DNA of 64,000 nt from Sphingomicrobium sp. (GTDB lineage Bacteria > Pseudomonadota > Alphaproteobacteria > Sphingomonadales > Sphingomonadaceae). A program made the translations under genes and the position numbers. Positions 18,347-31,898 of this stretch are shown one piece after another; the first letter of the stretch is position 1; each line of letters opens with the position of its first letter. The notes under the pieces were generated by a model, which worked only from the letters and a program-made list of their open reading frames with translations, did not search any database and had not been told where the DNA came from. The DNA is taken from positions 10,160-74,159 of the forward strand of contig JBJMUN010000046.1 of the NCBI GenBank assembly GCA_045811185.1, written 5' to 3'.

Positions 18347-19777
18347 TCAGCGATAAGTGACCGCCTTCACCGCCTCCACGACGTCCGATGCCTTGATCAG
18401 CGCCATTTTCTCGAGGTTGGCCGCATAGGGCAGCGGAACATCCGCGTCCGTTACGCGCAGCACCGGCGCATCGAGGTCATCGAAGCCCTCGGTCATCGCG
18501 AGCGCGATGATCTCCGAGGAGATCGAGCACTCCGGCCAGCCTTCCTCCACCACCACCATTCGGTTGGTGCGCCTGAGGCTCTCCAGAACGGTCGCTTTGT
18601 CGAGGGGCCGCAGGGTCCGCAGATCAATGACCTCGGCGTTGATACCCTGCGCCATCAGCTCCTGCGCAGCCTCGAGCGCGACGCCGACGCCGATCGAATA
18701 GCTGACGATGGTTACGTCCTTGCCGGGACGGACGATCCGGGCCTTACCGATCGGAAGAACGTAATCGTCGAGCTGCGGAACGTCGAAATGCTGGCCGTAG
18801 AGCAATTCGTTCTCGAGGAACACGACGGGATCGTCGGTACGGATCGCGGCTTTCAAAAGACCCTTCGCGTCAGCTGCGCTGTAGGGCGCGATCACGACGA
18901 GCCCCGGGACGCTGGCATACCACGGACCATAGTTCTGGCTGTGCTGAGCGCCGACGCGGGCGGCGGCGCCGTTCGGCCCGCGAAAGACGATCGGGCAGCG
19001 CATTTGGCCGCCCGACATATAGTTGGTCTTGGCTGCAGAGTTGATGACGTGATCGATCGCCTGCATCGCGAAGTTGAAGGTCATGAACTCGACGATGGGG
19101 CGAAGGCCCCCCATGGCCGCGCCCGATCCGATGCCCGCGAACCCATATTCGGTGATCGGCGTGTCAACCACGCGCTTCGCGCCGAACTCCTGGAGAAGGT
19201 TTTGGGTGACCTTGTAGGCACCCTGGTACTCGGCGACCTCCTCGCCCATCACGAACACGCGCTCGTCGCGGCGCATCTCTTCCGCCATGGCGTCACGCAG
19301 CGCCTCGCGAACGGTAATCGCGACAAGCGGCGTGCCTTCAGGAACTTCCGGATCGTCGCGGGTTTTGGCGACGTCCGCGACGAGGTCTCGCGCCGCAGTC
19401 TCGAACACATGCGGCGTTGGAGTGGCTTCATCCTGCTGCGATTCCGGTGCAGGTACCGACGGCTCTTCGGTCATTGCCGGCTTTGGCGCCTCCGTACGCG
19501 CAGCCGTCGCCGCCGGGGCTGCGCTCACCTGGTCGCCGTCGCCAGCGAGCAATGCAATCGGCTGTCCAACCTTCACGCCGTCCGTACCTTCCGGCACCAG
19601 GATCTTGGCGATCTTGCCTTCATCGACCGCCTCGAATTCCATTGTCGCCTTGTCGGTCTCGATCTCGGCAAGGATGTCGCCTGATTTGACGTCATCGCCT
19701 TCCTTGACCAGCCACTTCGCAAGTGTCCCTTCCTCCATGGTCGGGGACAGTGCGGGCATCTTCAGCTCGAGCGGCAT
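18347..19777 (-). CDS. pdhB: Pyruvate dehydrogenase E1 beta subunit with N-terminal lipoyl domain
   Basis: Lipoyl motif [10 protein letters not shown]; [18 protein letters not shown]; [11 protein letters not shown]; HSQ; YAANLE. Confidence 0.97.
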   Translation of the reverse strand: MPLELKMPALSPTMEEGTLAKWLVKEGDDVKSGDILAEIETDKATMEFEAVDEGKIAKILVPEGTDGVKVGQPIALLAGDGDQVSAAPAATAARTEAPKPAMTEEPSVPAPESQQDEATPTPHVFETAARDLVADVAKTRDDPEVPEGTPLVAITVREALRDAMAEEMRRDERVFVMGEEVAEYQGAYKVTQNLLQEFGAKRVVDTPITEYGFAGIGSGAAMGGLRPIVEFMTFNFAMQAIDHVINSAAKTNYMSGGQMRCPIVFRGPNGAAARVGAQHSQNYGPWYASVPGLVVIAPYSAADAKGLLKAAIRTDDPVVFLENELLYGQHFDVPQLDDYVLPIGKARIVRPGKDVTIVSYSIGVGVALEAAQELMAQGINAEVIDLRTLRPLDKATVLESLRRTNRMVVVEEGWPECSISSEIIALAMTEGFDDLDAPVLRVTDADVPLPYAANLEKMALIKASDVVEAVKAVTYR

Positions 19778-20829
19778 CAGTAGCTCCCCACCAGCACGTC
19801 GGTGTAGAGCTCGGACGGCTCGGGCTCCGGCGCATCTTCAGCGAATTTGGCTGCTTCGACCACTCGATCCTTGATTTCCTTGTCGATCGCCTTGAGCTCT
19901 TCTCCTGGCACTCCAAGAGCTTGAAGATCCGCTTCGGCGCGTGTGATCGGATCGTTATGCTCGCGCACGTCCTGAACTTCTTCACGCGTGCGGTAGCGCG
20001 CCGGGTCCGACATCGAATGTCCCCGGTAGCGGTACGTCAGCAGCTCCATCAGGATCGGTCCCTTCCCGGAGCGGGTCCACTCGAGCGCCACTTGCGCTGC
20101 GCCGTGCACGGCCAGAACGTCCATCCCGTCAACCTGAAGGCCCGGAATCCGGTGCGCCTGTCCGCGCCGGAACAGCTCCGGCTCCGCGGACGAGCGCTGG
20201 ATCGACGTGCCCATCGCATATTTGTTGTTCTCGACAACGTAGATGACCGGCAGGTCCCACAGCTTGGCCATGTTGAAGGCCTCGTAGACCTGCCCCTGGT
20301 TGACCGCGCCGTCGCCCATGTAGACGAGGCACACGCCGCCATCGCCGCTATATTTGTGCTTGAAGGCGAGTCCGGTGCCAAGCGGCACTTGGGCACCAAC
20401 GATACCATGCCCGCCGTAGAAGCCGTGGTCGACGCTGAACATGTGCATCGACCCGCCCTTGCCCTTGGAAATGCCCGCGGCGCGGCCGGTCAGCTCGGCC
20501 ATGATCACCTTCGGGTCGATCCCATAGGCAAGCATGTGCCCGTGATCGCGATACCCCGTAATGACGCTGTCCTTGCCGACCGTCATTGCCGACTGCAGTC
20601 CGACCGCCACGGCTTCCTGACCGATATAGAGGTGACAGAAGCCACCAATCAGCCCCAGCCCGTATAATTGGCCAGCGCGCTCTTCAAAGCGGCGGATCAG
20701 CAGCATCTCGCGGTAAAACTGTAGCAGCTCGTCCTTGCCTGCCTTGTAGCGCTGCGGCTGGGGCGGACGTTCCATCTTGGATTCCTGCTGCGCGGCGGAA
20801 GCGGCAGCTTTCTTGGCGGTTCGCGCCAC
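19777..20829 (-). CDS. pdhA: Pyruvate dehydrogenase E1 alpha subunit
   Basis: [14 protein letters not shown] motif [27 protein letters not shown]; GTG start at MARTAKK. Confidence 0.97.
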   Translation of the reverse strand: MARTAKKAAASAAQQESKMERPPQPQRYKAGKDELLQFYREMLLIRRFEERAGQLYGLGLIGGFCHLYIGQEAVAVGLQSAMTVGKDSVITGYRDHGHMLAYGIDPKVIMAELTGRAAGISKGKGGSMHMFSVDHGFYGGHGIVGAQVPLGTGLAFKHKYSGDGGVCLVYMGDGAVNQGQVYEAFNMAKLWDLPVIYVVENNKYAMGTSIQRSSAEPELFRRGQAHRIPGLQVDGMDVLAVHGAAQVALEWTRSGKGPILMELLTYRYRGHSMSDPARYRTREEVQDVREHNDPITRAEADLQALGVPGEELKAIDKEIKDRVVEAAKFAEDAPEPEPSELYTDVLVGSY

Positions 20830-20905
20830 GGCAATCTCTCTCATGACTGAAGCGCGCCCGCCTATAGGCAGCGGTTTGGCGGGCGGCAACTAGGCCCGAC
20901 CCGCA

Positions 20906-21220
20906 TCAATCAAGCGGGATAATCACCTCGTCGGGACGAACGAGCCCAAGGTCCTTGCGCACGAGCTCGTCGGCCATGTCCGGATCGGCCTTGCGCGGGT
21001 CGAGGAGCTGCGAGCGATGCTTGAGCTGCGCCCGCTCTTGCTCGATCTGTGCAAGCTCCGCCTGTCGCTGCTGCAGCTCGCGATGATAGCTGCCCCAGGC
21101 GAGAATGCCGTTCGGCCCTGCGACGGCGTGCCCGGCAAAAGTACCGACGACGATCACCGCCAGGGCCGGCATCGCCACCCTGCGGATCAAGCCGAAAATG
21201 CGGTTCGGTCCCCCCACCAT
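20906..21220 (-). CDS. ftsB: Septum formation initiator FtsB/DivIC family
   Basis: One TM, GPNGILAW, coiled coil, DPDMADELVRKDLGLVRPDE; eno-ftsB-pdhA synteny. Confidence 0.85.
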   Translation of the reverse strand: MVGGPNRIFGLIRRVAMPALAVIVVGTFAGHAVAGPNGILAWGSYHRELQQRQAELAQIEQERAQLKHRSQLLDPRKADPDMADELVRKDLGLVRPDEVIIPLD

Positions 21221-21230
21221 GACGTCAGAA

Positions 21231-21336
21231 GAATCACGAAGGAGTCGACAACGCAAGTGAAAAGAATGGTTTGGTGGACGAAGCGGGGATAAAATTGTGG
21301 ATGAGCCCGCATCCCTGACCGCAAACTTAATCCACG
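21231..21336. promoter_or_regulatory. Cluster of CcrM GANTC sites and DnaA-box-like nonamers upstream of ftsB
   Basis: GAATC 21231, GAGTC 21242; reverse complements TTATCCCCG (21284-21292) and TCATCCACA (21296-21304); TAATCCACG (21328-21336). Confidence 0.4.
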
Positions 21337-21381
21337 CTGCCTCTCGAGTAGCGACAAGGTTGCACCACGCGAGCAGTGACG

Positions 21382-23754
<2,373 letters not shown>

Positions 23755-23755
<1 letters not shown>

Positions 23756-24102
23756 TGGGCGACACGCCGGAAATCGTCGCGGCCAAGGCAGAAGCAGACC
23801 GTAGACGCATCCGCGTCATCGCAACTGCGCAAGAGCTCCAGGAACGCCTCAGCCCCAAGACCCTCGCCCGCAACACCTGGCAGGGTGCAAAGGAAAAGGG
23901 TGCCGACCTCGCCGAAAATACGGTCGACGCCGTTAAGGCCCGCCCCGTCGTGGCAACGGGCGTCGTTGCCGCAATCACCATGTTTCTCGCCCGCGAGCCG
24001 TTGATGGATCTTGCGAGCAAGTTCGTCGATAGCGTTGGCGAGAAAAGAAAATCCCGAGGAAGGCGCAAGGCCAAACAGGACGAGACGGAGAAAGCTTCAT
24101 GA
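23755..24102 (+). CDS. DUF3618-like protein
   Basis: TGATG coupling; AEADRRR..VIATAQELQERLSPKTLA; late hydrophobic segment RPVVATGVVAAITMFL. Confidence 0.7.
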
Positions 24103-24512
24103 TCGACCAGGACACCAGCCGTTCAACAGACACCAGTGACACCGGCGACACCTCGCCGCGCCAACGCGCGATCGAGGCCTATGTCGACGCTCGCGGAAGG
24201 GCCGTCGACACACTTGGCGAAGCGCCGCTGCTGGCGCTCGCCGGGGGCCTCGCCGCCGGTGCGCTGATCGCGGCACTGCTCCCGCGCACCGACACGGAAT
24301 CGCGGCTCGTCCGTCCCACGGCACGCCGGGTGAGAGACACGGCGCGGGCCGCCTTGGACGCCGCCCGCGACACCGGCACGCAGCGCCTTGACGAGCTTGG
24401 CCTCAACCGCAGCAAGGGTGAGGAAACCATCCGCAGCCTGCTGGACGGCCTCAGCGACGCCGCGCGCGCCTCTGCGAACGCAGCGATGGACACGGTCCGC
24501 AACAAGGGCTGA
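24099..24512 (+). CDS. Hypothetical ElaB/DUF883-like membrane-anchored protein
   Basis: ATGA overlap; APLLALAGGLAAGALIAALLPRT motif. Confidence 0.68.
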   Translation: MIDQDTSRSTDTSDTGDTSPRQRAIEAYVDARGRAVDTLGEAPLLALAGGLAAGALIAALLPRTDTESRLVRPTARRVRDTARAALDAARDTGTQRLDELGLNRSKGEETIRSLLDGLSDAARASANAAMDTVRNKG

Positions 24513-24544
24513 CGAAACGGGACGGATCGGCTAGCGGACGAGCT

Positions 24545-24784
24545 ATGAGCAAACTCCACCTCGTCTTCGGCGGCCGGGTGAAAGACCCGCGCGGCCTCGA
24601 CTTCGACCTAAAGACGATCGACCTCGTCGGAATCTACGACAGCTATGCCGCGGCCGAGGAAGCCTGGCGCGGCAAGGCGCAGGGAACAGTCGACGATGCC
24701 GAGATAAAGTATGTCGTCGTCCACCTCCATCGGCTCCTCGAGCCCGATTCGGAGGGAATCTCGAGGCCCAGAGAGTCGGCCTAG
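24545..24784 (+). CDS. DUF4170 domain protein
   Basis: LHLVFGGRVKDP, VGIYDSYAAAEEAWRGKAQ.TVDDA, YVVVHLHRLLEP. Confidence 0.85.
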   Translation: MSKLHLVFGGRVKDPRGLDFDLKTIDLVGIYDSYAAAEEAWRGKAQGTVDDAEIKYVVVHLHRLLEPDSEGISRPRESA

Positions 24785-25410
24785 GCCGAGCGGTATCTCC
24801 AAAGTAGTAGCGGACGTTGCAGCAGCAGCCCCGCGGCGAATCCGCCGACGTGCGCCGGTGTCGCCAGGAGGTACCCCTGCCCACCGGCCAGCCAGCCCAT
24901 CATGACCTGCAGCACGATCCAGGCGATGAGCAGCCAAAGGACGTTGATCCAGCGATTGATCCGCAGGTTGCTGGTGAACGCTCTGGCGCGCCCGAAGCTC
25001 AATGCAAAAGCGCCCACGACCGCGCTGATGGCGCCGCTTGCACCGATCATCGGTGTCGTACCGCTCGGATCCAGAGCCCATTGAGCGCCCGCCGCGGCAT
25101 AAGCCCCGACAAGATAGAGTACGATAAGCGCGCTCGGCCCGATTACGCGCTCGACGGCAGTGCCGCACCACACGAGCATCAATAGATTGAAGCCGAGGTG
25201 CACGAGCCCGGAATGAGCCAAAGTGGCCGTCAGCGGGGTCAGGAACGCGGGCACGGCAGCAAAGTCGCCGACTGGCTGGGTCAGCCGCAATGGAATGAAG
25301 CCCAGCGCGAAGTTCGCCTGCGCCGAATAGCCGGACAGAGCCGTCACGACCCACGCCACCGCCGTCAGCATGGCGATAATGTTGGTCGCAGTGCGCTCGA
25401 TGCGCTGCAT
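24781..25410 (-). CDS. Rhomboid intramembrane serine protease
   Basis: HSGLVHLGFN, MIGASGA (Ser), AHVGGF (His), six TM segments. Confidence 0.9.
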   Translation of the reverse strand: MQRIERTATNIIAMLTAVAWVVTALSGYSAQANFALGFIPLRLTQPVGDFAAVPAFLTPLTATLAHSGLVHLGFNLLMLVWCGTAVERVIGPSALIVLYLVGAYAAAGAQWALDPSGTTPMIGASGAISAVVGAFALSFGRARAFTSNLRINRWINVLWLLIAWIVLQVMMGWLAGGQGYLLATPAHVGGFAAGLLLQRPLLLWRYRSA

Positions 25411-25414
25411 CAGC

Positions 25415-25894
25415 TTAAACGAACTCGACCTTCTTGATCGCGTAATAGCGGTCGCCGGACGGGGTCGAGACCTCGACCTCCTCACCTTTCTGGCGGCCTA
25501 TCAGCGCTCGGCCGAGCGGCGAATTGTAGCTGATGCGGCCGACGCGGGCGTCCGCTTCGGTCTGGCCGACGAGCTGGTACTTCACCTGCTTTTCGTCCTC
25601 GTCGATGAGCGTGACCGTTGCCCCGAACACGACCTTGTCTCCCGACAGCGTCGTCGGATCGATGATCATCGCACGGCTGAGGCGGTCTTCGAGATCGGCA
25701 ATCGTCGCCTCGATCTGGCCCTGACGCTCCTTGGCGGCGTGATATTCGGCATTCTCGCTGAGATCACCATGCGCACGCGCTTCCTCGATCGCCTCGACGA
25801 TCGCAGGACGTTCCTCGACCTTGAGCCTCTTGAGTTCGTCGGTCAGCGTCCGGTGGCCCTCGGCCAGCATCGGTACCTTTTCGGCACTCGCCAT
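25415..25894 (-). CDS. greA: Transcription elongation factor GreA
   Basis: [31 protein letters not shown]. Confidence 0.97.
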   Translation of the reverse strand: MASAEKVPMLAEGHRTLTDELKRLKVEERPAIVEAIEEARAHGDLSENAEYHAAKERQGQIEATIADLEDRLSRAMIIDPTTLSGDKVVFGATVTLIDEDEKQVKYQLVGQTEADARVGRISYNSPLGRALIGRQKGEEVEVSTPSGDRYYAIKKVEFV

Positions 25895-25970
25895 TGTTCA
25901 AAACCCTTTTTCAAAACCCTGCCCCGGCGTGCCTTGGCCCGCGAAACGAAGCAGATTGTATGTGGAAAGC

Positions 25971-28900
25971 CTACCCTTGGGAGGCGGAATAATAGGATTG
26001 GAGCGAGCCGACTTCAAGCGCTCGTCCCCTGAGCGCCTCAATCGCCCGTGCTGCCGAGAGGCTCGCCGGGGCCGTCGTGAAGTAGGGCACCTTCTTGTTT
26101 AGAGCCGTGGTCCGGATCGAATGGCTGTCCTTAAGGGACTGCCAGCCTTCCGTCGTGTTGAACACGATGTCGACGTCACCGTCGAGCAGCCTGTCGACGA
26201 TGTGCGGCCGCCCCTGCGCGACCTTGTTCACCAACTCGACCGGAAGGCCCTTCGACCGCAGATGCGCCGCCGTTCCGCCGGTTGCGATGATCGTGAAGCC
26301 AAGCTCAACCATCTTCTCGACTGCTGGCACGATATTCTCCTTGTCGCCGTCCTTGACCGACACGAAGGCAGTCCCGCCCTGCGGCAGCACCATGCCAGCT
26401 CCGATCAGCGCCTTGGCGAAGGAGATGTCGAATTCGCCAGCAATTCCCATGACTTCTCCGGTACTCTTCATTTCCGGTCCAAGCACCGGATCGGTGCCCG
26501 GAAAACGCGCGAACGGGAACACGGATTCCTTCACAGCGACATAATTCGGCACCCGGCCAACCTCACCAAAGCCGCTGAGCGGCTCACCCGCCATCACCCG
26601 CGCCGCGATTTTCGCGACGGGCTGTCCGATCGCCTTTGCGACGAACGGCACGGTCCGGCTGGCGCGCGGATTGACCTCGATAAGGTAGATTTCATTGTTC
26701 TTCACCGCGAATTGCACGTTCATCAGGCCTTTGACTTTCAAGGCAAGGGCGAGCTCGTGCGTCTGTCGCTCGATTTCCCGGACGATCTCGCCTGGCAGGC
26801 TGTAGGGCGGGATCGAGCAGGCACTGTCGCCCGAATGCACGCCCGCTTCCTCGATATGCTGGAGCACTCCGCACACCGCAACGTCCACGCCGTCGCAGAT
26901 CGCATCGACATCAACCTCGATGGCGTCGCGAAGATAGCGGTCGATCAGCACCGGGCTCTTGCCGGAGACCTGCACTGCAGTTGCAATGTAATGGTCCAGC
27001 TGCGCGGGTCCGTCGACGACCTCCATCCCGCGCCCGCCGAGCACGTATGACGGCCGCAAGAGCACCGGATAACCGATCCTCTCCGCCACCCGCAGCGCCT
27101 CGTCGCGGCTGCGCGCGATGCCGTTCGCAGGCTGCTTCAGGCCGAGTTTCTGCACAAGTGCTGCGAAACGCTCGCGGTCCTCGGCAAGGTCGATACTGTC
27201 CGGCGAAGTACCCAGGATCGGCACGCCCGCCGCCTGCAACTCCTCGGCAAGCTTTAGCGGAGTCTGTCCGCCAAGCTGGACGATGACACCCAGCAGTTCG
27301 CCCTTTTCCTGCTCTCGTCGAACCACCTCGAGTACGTCCTCGGCGGTCAGCGGCTCGAAATAGAGCCGATCGGACGTGTCCGGGTCGGTCGAGACCGTTT
27401 CCGGGTTGCAGTTGACCATGATGGTCTCAAGGCCGGCTCCATCGCGTCCTAGCGCAAAGGCGGCGTGGCAACAGCAATAGTCGAACTCGATCCCCTGCCC
27501 GATGCGGTTCGGTCCGCCGCCCAGGATCATGACCTTCTTGCGCTCGGAGACGTTCGCCTCGTCCTCCGGTTCGCCGAACAGCGGCGCCTCGTAGGTCGAA
27601 TAAAGGTACGGTGTCGTCGCGTCGAATTCAGCAGCACAGCTGTCGATGCGCTTGAAGACTGGCCTCACGCCAAGCTTCAGCCGATGCGAGCGGACCTCCT
27701 CCTCGGTGACACCACCCGTCATCCCGCGGATTGCGCTGTGCACCACGCCGCCGCCGGCAGCCGCGAGCTCGCTCATTTCCCGCTCGACATGCGCCGAACG
27801 AAGCGCAAGGATCGCTAGCCGCGCATCCGAAAATCCCATGGCCTTCAAACGGCGCATCTCGGCAGCGTCGCCGGGCAGGCCCTCCTCGCGGACCTGCTCC
27901 TCTGCCGTAACGATCTCCTGCAACCGACTGAGAAACCACGGATCAAATCCCGCGATCTCGTTGATCCGCTCGACAGTAAAACCCTGGCGCAGCGCTTCGG
28001 CGGCGACCAGCAGCCGATCGGGCGTCGCCCGCGCCAGTGCGCTTTCGATTTCCGATGGATCAGCGCCCTCATAGGCCCGCACGCGATCAAGACCGGTCAG
28101 GCCGGTCTCCAGCCCGCGCAGGGCCTTTTGCAGGCTCTCGGCAAAGTTGCGCCCGATTGCCATTACTTCACCAACCGACTTCATGGAAGTCGACAGAAGC
28201 GCATCCGCGCCTTTGAACTTTTCGAACGCAAAGCGCGGAATCTTCGTCACGACATAGTCGATCGTCGGCTCGAAGCTCGCCGGTGTCGCGCCGCCCGTGA
28301 TGTCGTTGGCGATCTCGTCGAGCGTGTAGCCGACCGCGAGTCGCGCCGCGACCTTCGCGATCGGAAAGCCGGTAGCCTTGGATGCCAGCGCCGAAGACCG
28401 CGACACGCGCGGGTTCATTTCGATCACGACCATCCGTCCGGTCTTCGGGTCGACCGCGAACTGGACGTTGGAACCACCTGTTTCAACGCCGATTTCTCGC
28501 AACACGGCAATCGATGCCGAGCGCATCCGCTGATATTCCTTGTCGGTCAGTGTCAATGCCGGCGCGACGGTGATGCTGTCGCCCGTGTGGACGCCCATTG
28601 GGTCGACGTTCTCGATCGAGCAGATGATGATGGCATTGTCGGCGCGGTCGCGCACGACTTCCATTTCATATTCCTTCCAGCCGAGCACCGATTCCTCGAT
28701 CAGAACTTCTTTGGTCGGGCTGGCCTCGAGACCGCCGCGCACGATCCGCAAGAACTCGTCGCGATTGTAAGCAATCCCGCCGCCGGTCCCGCCAAGCGTG
28801 AAGCTCGGGCGGATGATTGCGGGGAGGCCGACGTAATCGAGGCCGGCCAGCGCATCATCGAGCCTATGCGCGATCGCCGACCGCGGGCTTTCGAGACCGA

Positions 28901-29315
28901 TCTTGTCCATCGCCTCGCGGAACTTCAGCCGGTCCTCCGCCTTCTCGATAGCATCGGCGTTGGCGCCGATCAGCTGGACTCCGAGCCGGTCGAGCGTCCC
29001 GTCTTTGAAAAGCGCCAGCGCCGTATTGAGCGCCGTCTGACCGCCCATGGTCGGAAGCAGAGCGTCCGGTCGCTCCTTTTCCAGGATCTTGGCCACGATC
29101 TCGGGCGTAATCGGCTCGATGTACGTCGCGTCCGCAAGTTCCGGATCGGTCATGATCGTCGCCGGGTTCGAATTGACGACTATGACGCGATAGCCCTCGC
29201 TTTTCAGCGCCTTGACGGCCTGGCTTCCCGAATAGTCGAACTCCGCCGCTTGGCCGATGACGATCGGACCCGCGCCGATGATGAGGATCGATGAAATATC
29301 GGTGCGCTTCGGCAT
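25971..29315 (-). CDS. carB: Carbamoyl-phosphate synthase large subunit
   Basis: [30 protein letters not shown]; two ATP-grasp halves; [17 protein letters not shown]; MGS domain. Confidence 0.98.
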   Translation of the reverse strand: MPKRTDISSILIIGAGPIVIGQAAEFDYSGSQAVKALKSEGYRVIVVNSNPATIMTDPELADATYIEPITPEIVAKILEKERPDALLPTMGGQTALNTALALFKDGTLDRLGVQLIGANADAIEKAEDRLKFREAMDKIGLESPRSAIAHRLDDALAGLDYVGLPAIIRPSFTLGGTGGGIAYNRDEFLRIVRGGLEASPTKEVLIEESVLGWKEYEMEVVRDRADNAIIICSIENVDPMGVHTGDSITVAPALTLTDKEYQRMRSASIAVLREIGVETGGSNVQFAVDPKTGRMVVIEMNPRVSRSSALASKATGFPIAKVAARLAVGYTLDEIANDITGGATPASFEPTIDYVVTKIPRFAFEKFKGADALLSTSMKSVGEVMAIGRNFAESLQKALRGLETGLTGLDRVRAYEGADPSEIESALARATPDRLLVAAEALRQGFTVERINEIAGFDPWFLSRLQEIVTAEEQVREEGLPGDAAEMRRLKAMGFSDARLAILALRSAHVEREMSELAAAGGGVVHSAIRGMTGGVTEEEVRSHRLKLGVRPVFKRIDSCAAEFDATTPYLYSTYEAPLFGEPEDEANVSERKKVMILGGGPNRIGQGIEFDYCCCHAAFALGRDGAGLETIMVNCNPETVSTDPDTSDRLYFEPLTAEDVLEVVRREQEKGELLGVIVQLGGQTPLKLAEELQAAGVPILGTSPDSIDLAEDRERFAALVQKLGLKQPANGIARSRDEALRVAERIGYPVLLRPSYVLGGRGMEVVDGPAQLDHYIATAVQVSGKSPVLIDRYLRDAIEVDVDAICDGVDVAVCGVLQHIEEAGVHSGDSACSIPPYSLPGEIVREIERQTHELALALKVKGLMNVQFAVKNNEIYLIEVNPRASRTVPFVAKAIGQPVAKIAARVMAGEPLSGFGEVGRVPNYVAVKESVFPFARFPGTDPVLGPEMKSTGEVMGIAGEFDISFAKALIGAGMVLPQGGTAFVSVKDGDKENIVPAVEKMVELGFTIIATGGTAAHLRSKGLPVELVNKVAQGRPHIVDRLLDGDVDIVFNTTEGWQSLKDSHSIRTTALNKKVPYFTTAPASLSAARAIEALRGRALEVGSLQSYYSASQG

Positions 29316-29590
29316 CAGCCTTCCGGAAAGTTCAAGTTGACGAAAACGGCCTTGAGACCGTTGCGGCGCGCCCACTGAGCAACGCAGGTTCGCTGCTCAG
29401 GTGAAGGATCGTTTCGAACGGCCAGGAGCAGCTTCTTCTGGGTTTCGTCCTGGATGAGCTCGCCGAGGGCGAGGCCGCAACCGATCGCGACATCGTTCAG
29501 CTGCGCTTCGGAATGCATGACGGCAGGCGTCGCGCAGGCGCACAGGCCAGAGGCCGCCGACACAGGCAAAATGAGCCACTGCCGCCTCAA
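29315..29590 (-). CDS. Small hypothetical lipoprotein
   Basis: TTG start overlapping the upstream stop (TTGA): [19 protein letters not shown], a lipobox. Two further Cys. Stop overlaps the carB ATG (TGATG). Confidence 0.7.
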   Translation of the reverse strand: MRRQWLILPVSAASGLCACATPAVMHSEAQLNDVAIGCGLALGELIQDETQKKLLLAVRNDPSPEQRTCVAQWARRNGLKAVFVNLNFPEG

Positions 29591-30057
29591 GTCGTCCCTC
29601 TCTTGGGAAACATCGACGCAACGTCCAGCTTCGGCACGGCGGGGGCCTTCATGCTGCAGGTCTTCTCCAAGGCCTTCACAACCTTCTTGACGAGATCGGA
29701 CACCCGGCTCCGCTCGTAGCTGTCCGCCTTGTCGCCAACCTCCACTTCGCTGAAGCCGACGGACTGGCAATTGCGAAAGCCGGCAATCGCCTGGACGAAG
29801 CCCTTGGCATGCTCGACGCTGACGACGAGGTCGCCCGAGTTGAACCCGGCCTCGCAACCTTCAGCATCGCAAGGATCGCGTCCGCCGTGCCAGAGCTGCT
29901 TGGCGACAAACCACTGCCCCGAGGGCAGGTTGAAAAGGTCGTCGGGACGTGAAACGTTCGCCTTCGTCTCAGGGACCTTCACGATTTCCTGTGCCGAAGC
30001 GCCGGCTGGAACAGAGAGAGCGGCAAGCGCTGAGAGCATCGCGGAACGCATGGTCAT
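29587..30057 (-). CDS. Hypothetical secreted protein with four Cys
   Basis: Signal peptide MTMRSAMLSALAALSVPAGASA; ATGA overlap with the carA stop. Confidence 0.72.
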   Translation of the reverse strand: MTMRSAMLSALAALSVPAGASAQEIVKVPETKANVSRPDDLFNLPSGQWFVAKQLWHGGRDPCDAEGCEAGFNSGDLVVSVEHAKGFVQAIAGFRNCQSVGFSEVEVGDKADSYERSRVSDLVKKVVKALEKTCSMKAPAVPKLDVASMFPKRGTT

Positions 30058-31232
30058 GCCTCCTTCGTCATGCTGCTCACGAACCTCTGGAACAGGTAGA
30101 AGCTGTCCTGAGGGCCCGGAGAAGCCTCCGGGTGATACTGAACGCTGAAGGCAGGGCGGTCAGTCAGTTCAATCCCGCAATTGCTCCCGTCGAACAGCGA
30201 GACGTGCGTTTCACGAACGTTATCGGGAAGTCCCTCCCGCTCGACGGCGAAGCCATGGTTCATGCTGGTGATTTCGACCTGGCCATCGGCAAGGCGCTTC
30301 ACGGGGTGATTTGCCCCGCGGTGGCCTTGAAACATCTTCGAGGTCCTGCCGCCGACTGCCAGCGCCAACATCTGGTGTCCAAGGCAGATGCCGAACAGCG
30401 GCTTCTTCGTCTCCAGCATCTGCCGGATCACGGGCACGGCATATTCGCCCGTCGCAGCCGGGTCGCCGGGACCGTTCGAGAGGAAAAACCCGTCCGGCTC
30501 ATGAGTCATGATCTCATCGAACGAGGCGTTTGCCGGAACCACCGTCACCCGGGCACCGGCCTCGACAAGCAGCCGGAAGATATTGCGCTTGTTGCCATAA
30601 TCGACTGCAACGACGTGCGGACGGCTCTCATCGTCACCGCCGAGCTCGTATCCGTATCCCCAAGTCCATCGTCCGCCGGTCCAGCGCTCGACCTGCAGCC
30701 GGCTGACGTTCGTGGCTAGGTCCATACCCTCGAGACCCGGCCAGTCCGCCGCCATCTTCTGCAGCTTGTCGAGATCGAATTGCCCGTCCTTGCGGTGCGC
30801 GACTGCAATATTGGGCGGGCCCTCTATCCGCACCAGCTTGGTAAGAGCGCGCGTATCGACGCCGGCGATTCCAATCCGGCCCCATTTTGCCATCCAGTCG
30901 GCAAAACCCTCGTTCGCGCGGTAATTGCTCGGCTCAGTAACCACCTCGCGCACCAGGCAACCAAGTGCGTGCGCCTCCGCAGCTTCCACGTCCTCGTCGT
31001 TCGCGCCGACGTTGCCGATATGCGGGAAAGTGAAGGCGATGACCTGCTTCGCATAGCTCGGGTCGGTCATTACTTCCTGGTAGCCGGTCATCGCGGTGTT
31101 GAAGCACAGCTCGCCGACGGCCTCGCCCTCTGCACCGAATCCCCGGCCCCACGCGGCACGCCCATCGGCGAACACAATGACTCCCGTCGCGCCCTCGGGA
31201 CGGGGCGCGTGCAGGGGTCGTACGTCGGCCAT
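30054..31232 (-). CDS. carA: Carbamoyl-phosphate synthase small subunit
   Basis: GELCFNTAMTGYQE, FTFPHIGNVG, SNGPGDP, FGICLGHQ, VQYHPEASPGP. Confidence 0.98.
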   Translation of the reverse strand: MADVRPLHAPRPEGATGVIVFADGRAAWGRGFGAEGEAVGELCFNTAMTGYQEVMTDPSYAKQVIAFTFPHIGNVGANDEDVEAAEAHALGCLVREVVTEPSNYRANEGFADWMAKWGRIGIAGVDTRALTKLVRIEGPPNIAVAHRKDGQFDLDKLQKMAADWPGLEGMDLATNVSRLQVERWTGGRWTWGYGYELGGDDESRPHVVAVDYGNKRNIFRLLVEAGARVTVVPANASFDEIMTHEPDGFFLSNGPGDPAATGEYAVPVIRQMLETKKPLFGICLGHQMLALAVGGRTSKMFQGHRGANHPVKRLADGQVEITSMNHGFAVEREGLPDNVRETHVSLFDGSNCGIELTDRPAFSVQYHPEASPGPQDSFYLFQRFVSSMTKEA

Positions 31233-31372
31233 GGGCAGCAGAGCCTTCCGTCAGGGGTTTGCAGCGATGTCGCTAAGACGCCGCCGCTATGCGCATTAGC
31301 GGTCCGGGTCAACGTCTGGTCATGCCTGAAAACCGCCGCTAGGGCTGGACGTTTCCGCAACGAGACAAAGAG

Positions 31373-31825
31373 ATGATCCGCGACGACATCAAGGCCGCGA
31401 CGATCGCTGCCATGAAGGGCGGCGACAAGGAAACGACGGCGACGCTTCGCCTCGTCCAGGCGGCGATCAAGAACCGCGACATCGAGGCGCGCATCGGCGG
31501 AGCGCCGCCGGACGATGACCAGCTCGTCACCGAAGTGCTGCAGAAGATGGTCAAGCAGCGTCGCGAATCGGCCGAAATTTACCGCAACAATGGCCGCGAG
31601 GACCGAGCCGTCACCGAAGAAGCCGAGATCGCCGTCATCGAGCGTTTCCTGCCGCAGCAGCTGAGCGATGACGAGGCGCAGGCGAAGATCCGCGAGATCA
31701 TCGGGGAGACCGGCGCGACGAGCATGAAGGACATGGGTCGTGTCATGGCGCTGGTGAAGGAGCGGCTTGGCGGCTCCATCGAGCCTGCAAGGGCAAGCGG
31801 GCTGGTCAAGGCGGCACTCTCCTAG
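31373..31825 (+). CDS. GatB/YqeY domain protein
   Basis: IKAATIAAMKGGDK, KMVKQRRES, E..VIERFLPQQLS, MKDMGRVM. Confidence 0.92.
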   Translation: MIRDDIKAATIAAMKGGDKETTATLRLVQAAIKNRDIEARIGGAPPDDDQLVTEVLQKMVKQRRESAEIYRNNGREDRAVTEEAEIAVIERFLPQQLSDDEAQAKIREIIGETGATSMKDMGRVMALVKERLGGSIEPARASGLVKAALS

Positions 31826-31839
31826 GCCGCGGATCCTCC

Positions 31840-31877
31840 AAAAAGAAAAAAGGCCCCGCCGCAGATGCGGCGGAGCC
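31840..31877 (-). terminator. Rho-independent terminator (possibly bidirectional)
   Basis: CCGCCGCA/TGCGGCGG stem extended by GGC/GCC; the A-run at 31840-31851 gives a U-tail on the minus strand. Confidence 0.8.
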
Positions 31878-31898
31878 GAATGACGAAGCAAATGTGGC

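Noticed and set aside
18347-19777. Lipoyl domain fused to PDH E1-beta
   Set aside because: Well known in alphaproteobacteria (e.g. Zymomonas); not novel.
27700-27830. Insertion in CarB ([22 protein letters not shown])
   Set aside because: Short in-frame loop with no intein or mobile-element features; likely lineage-typical.
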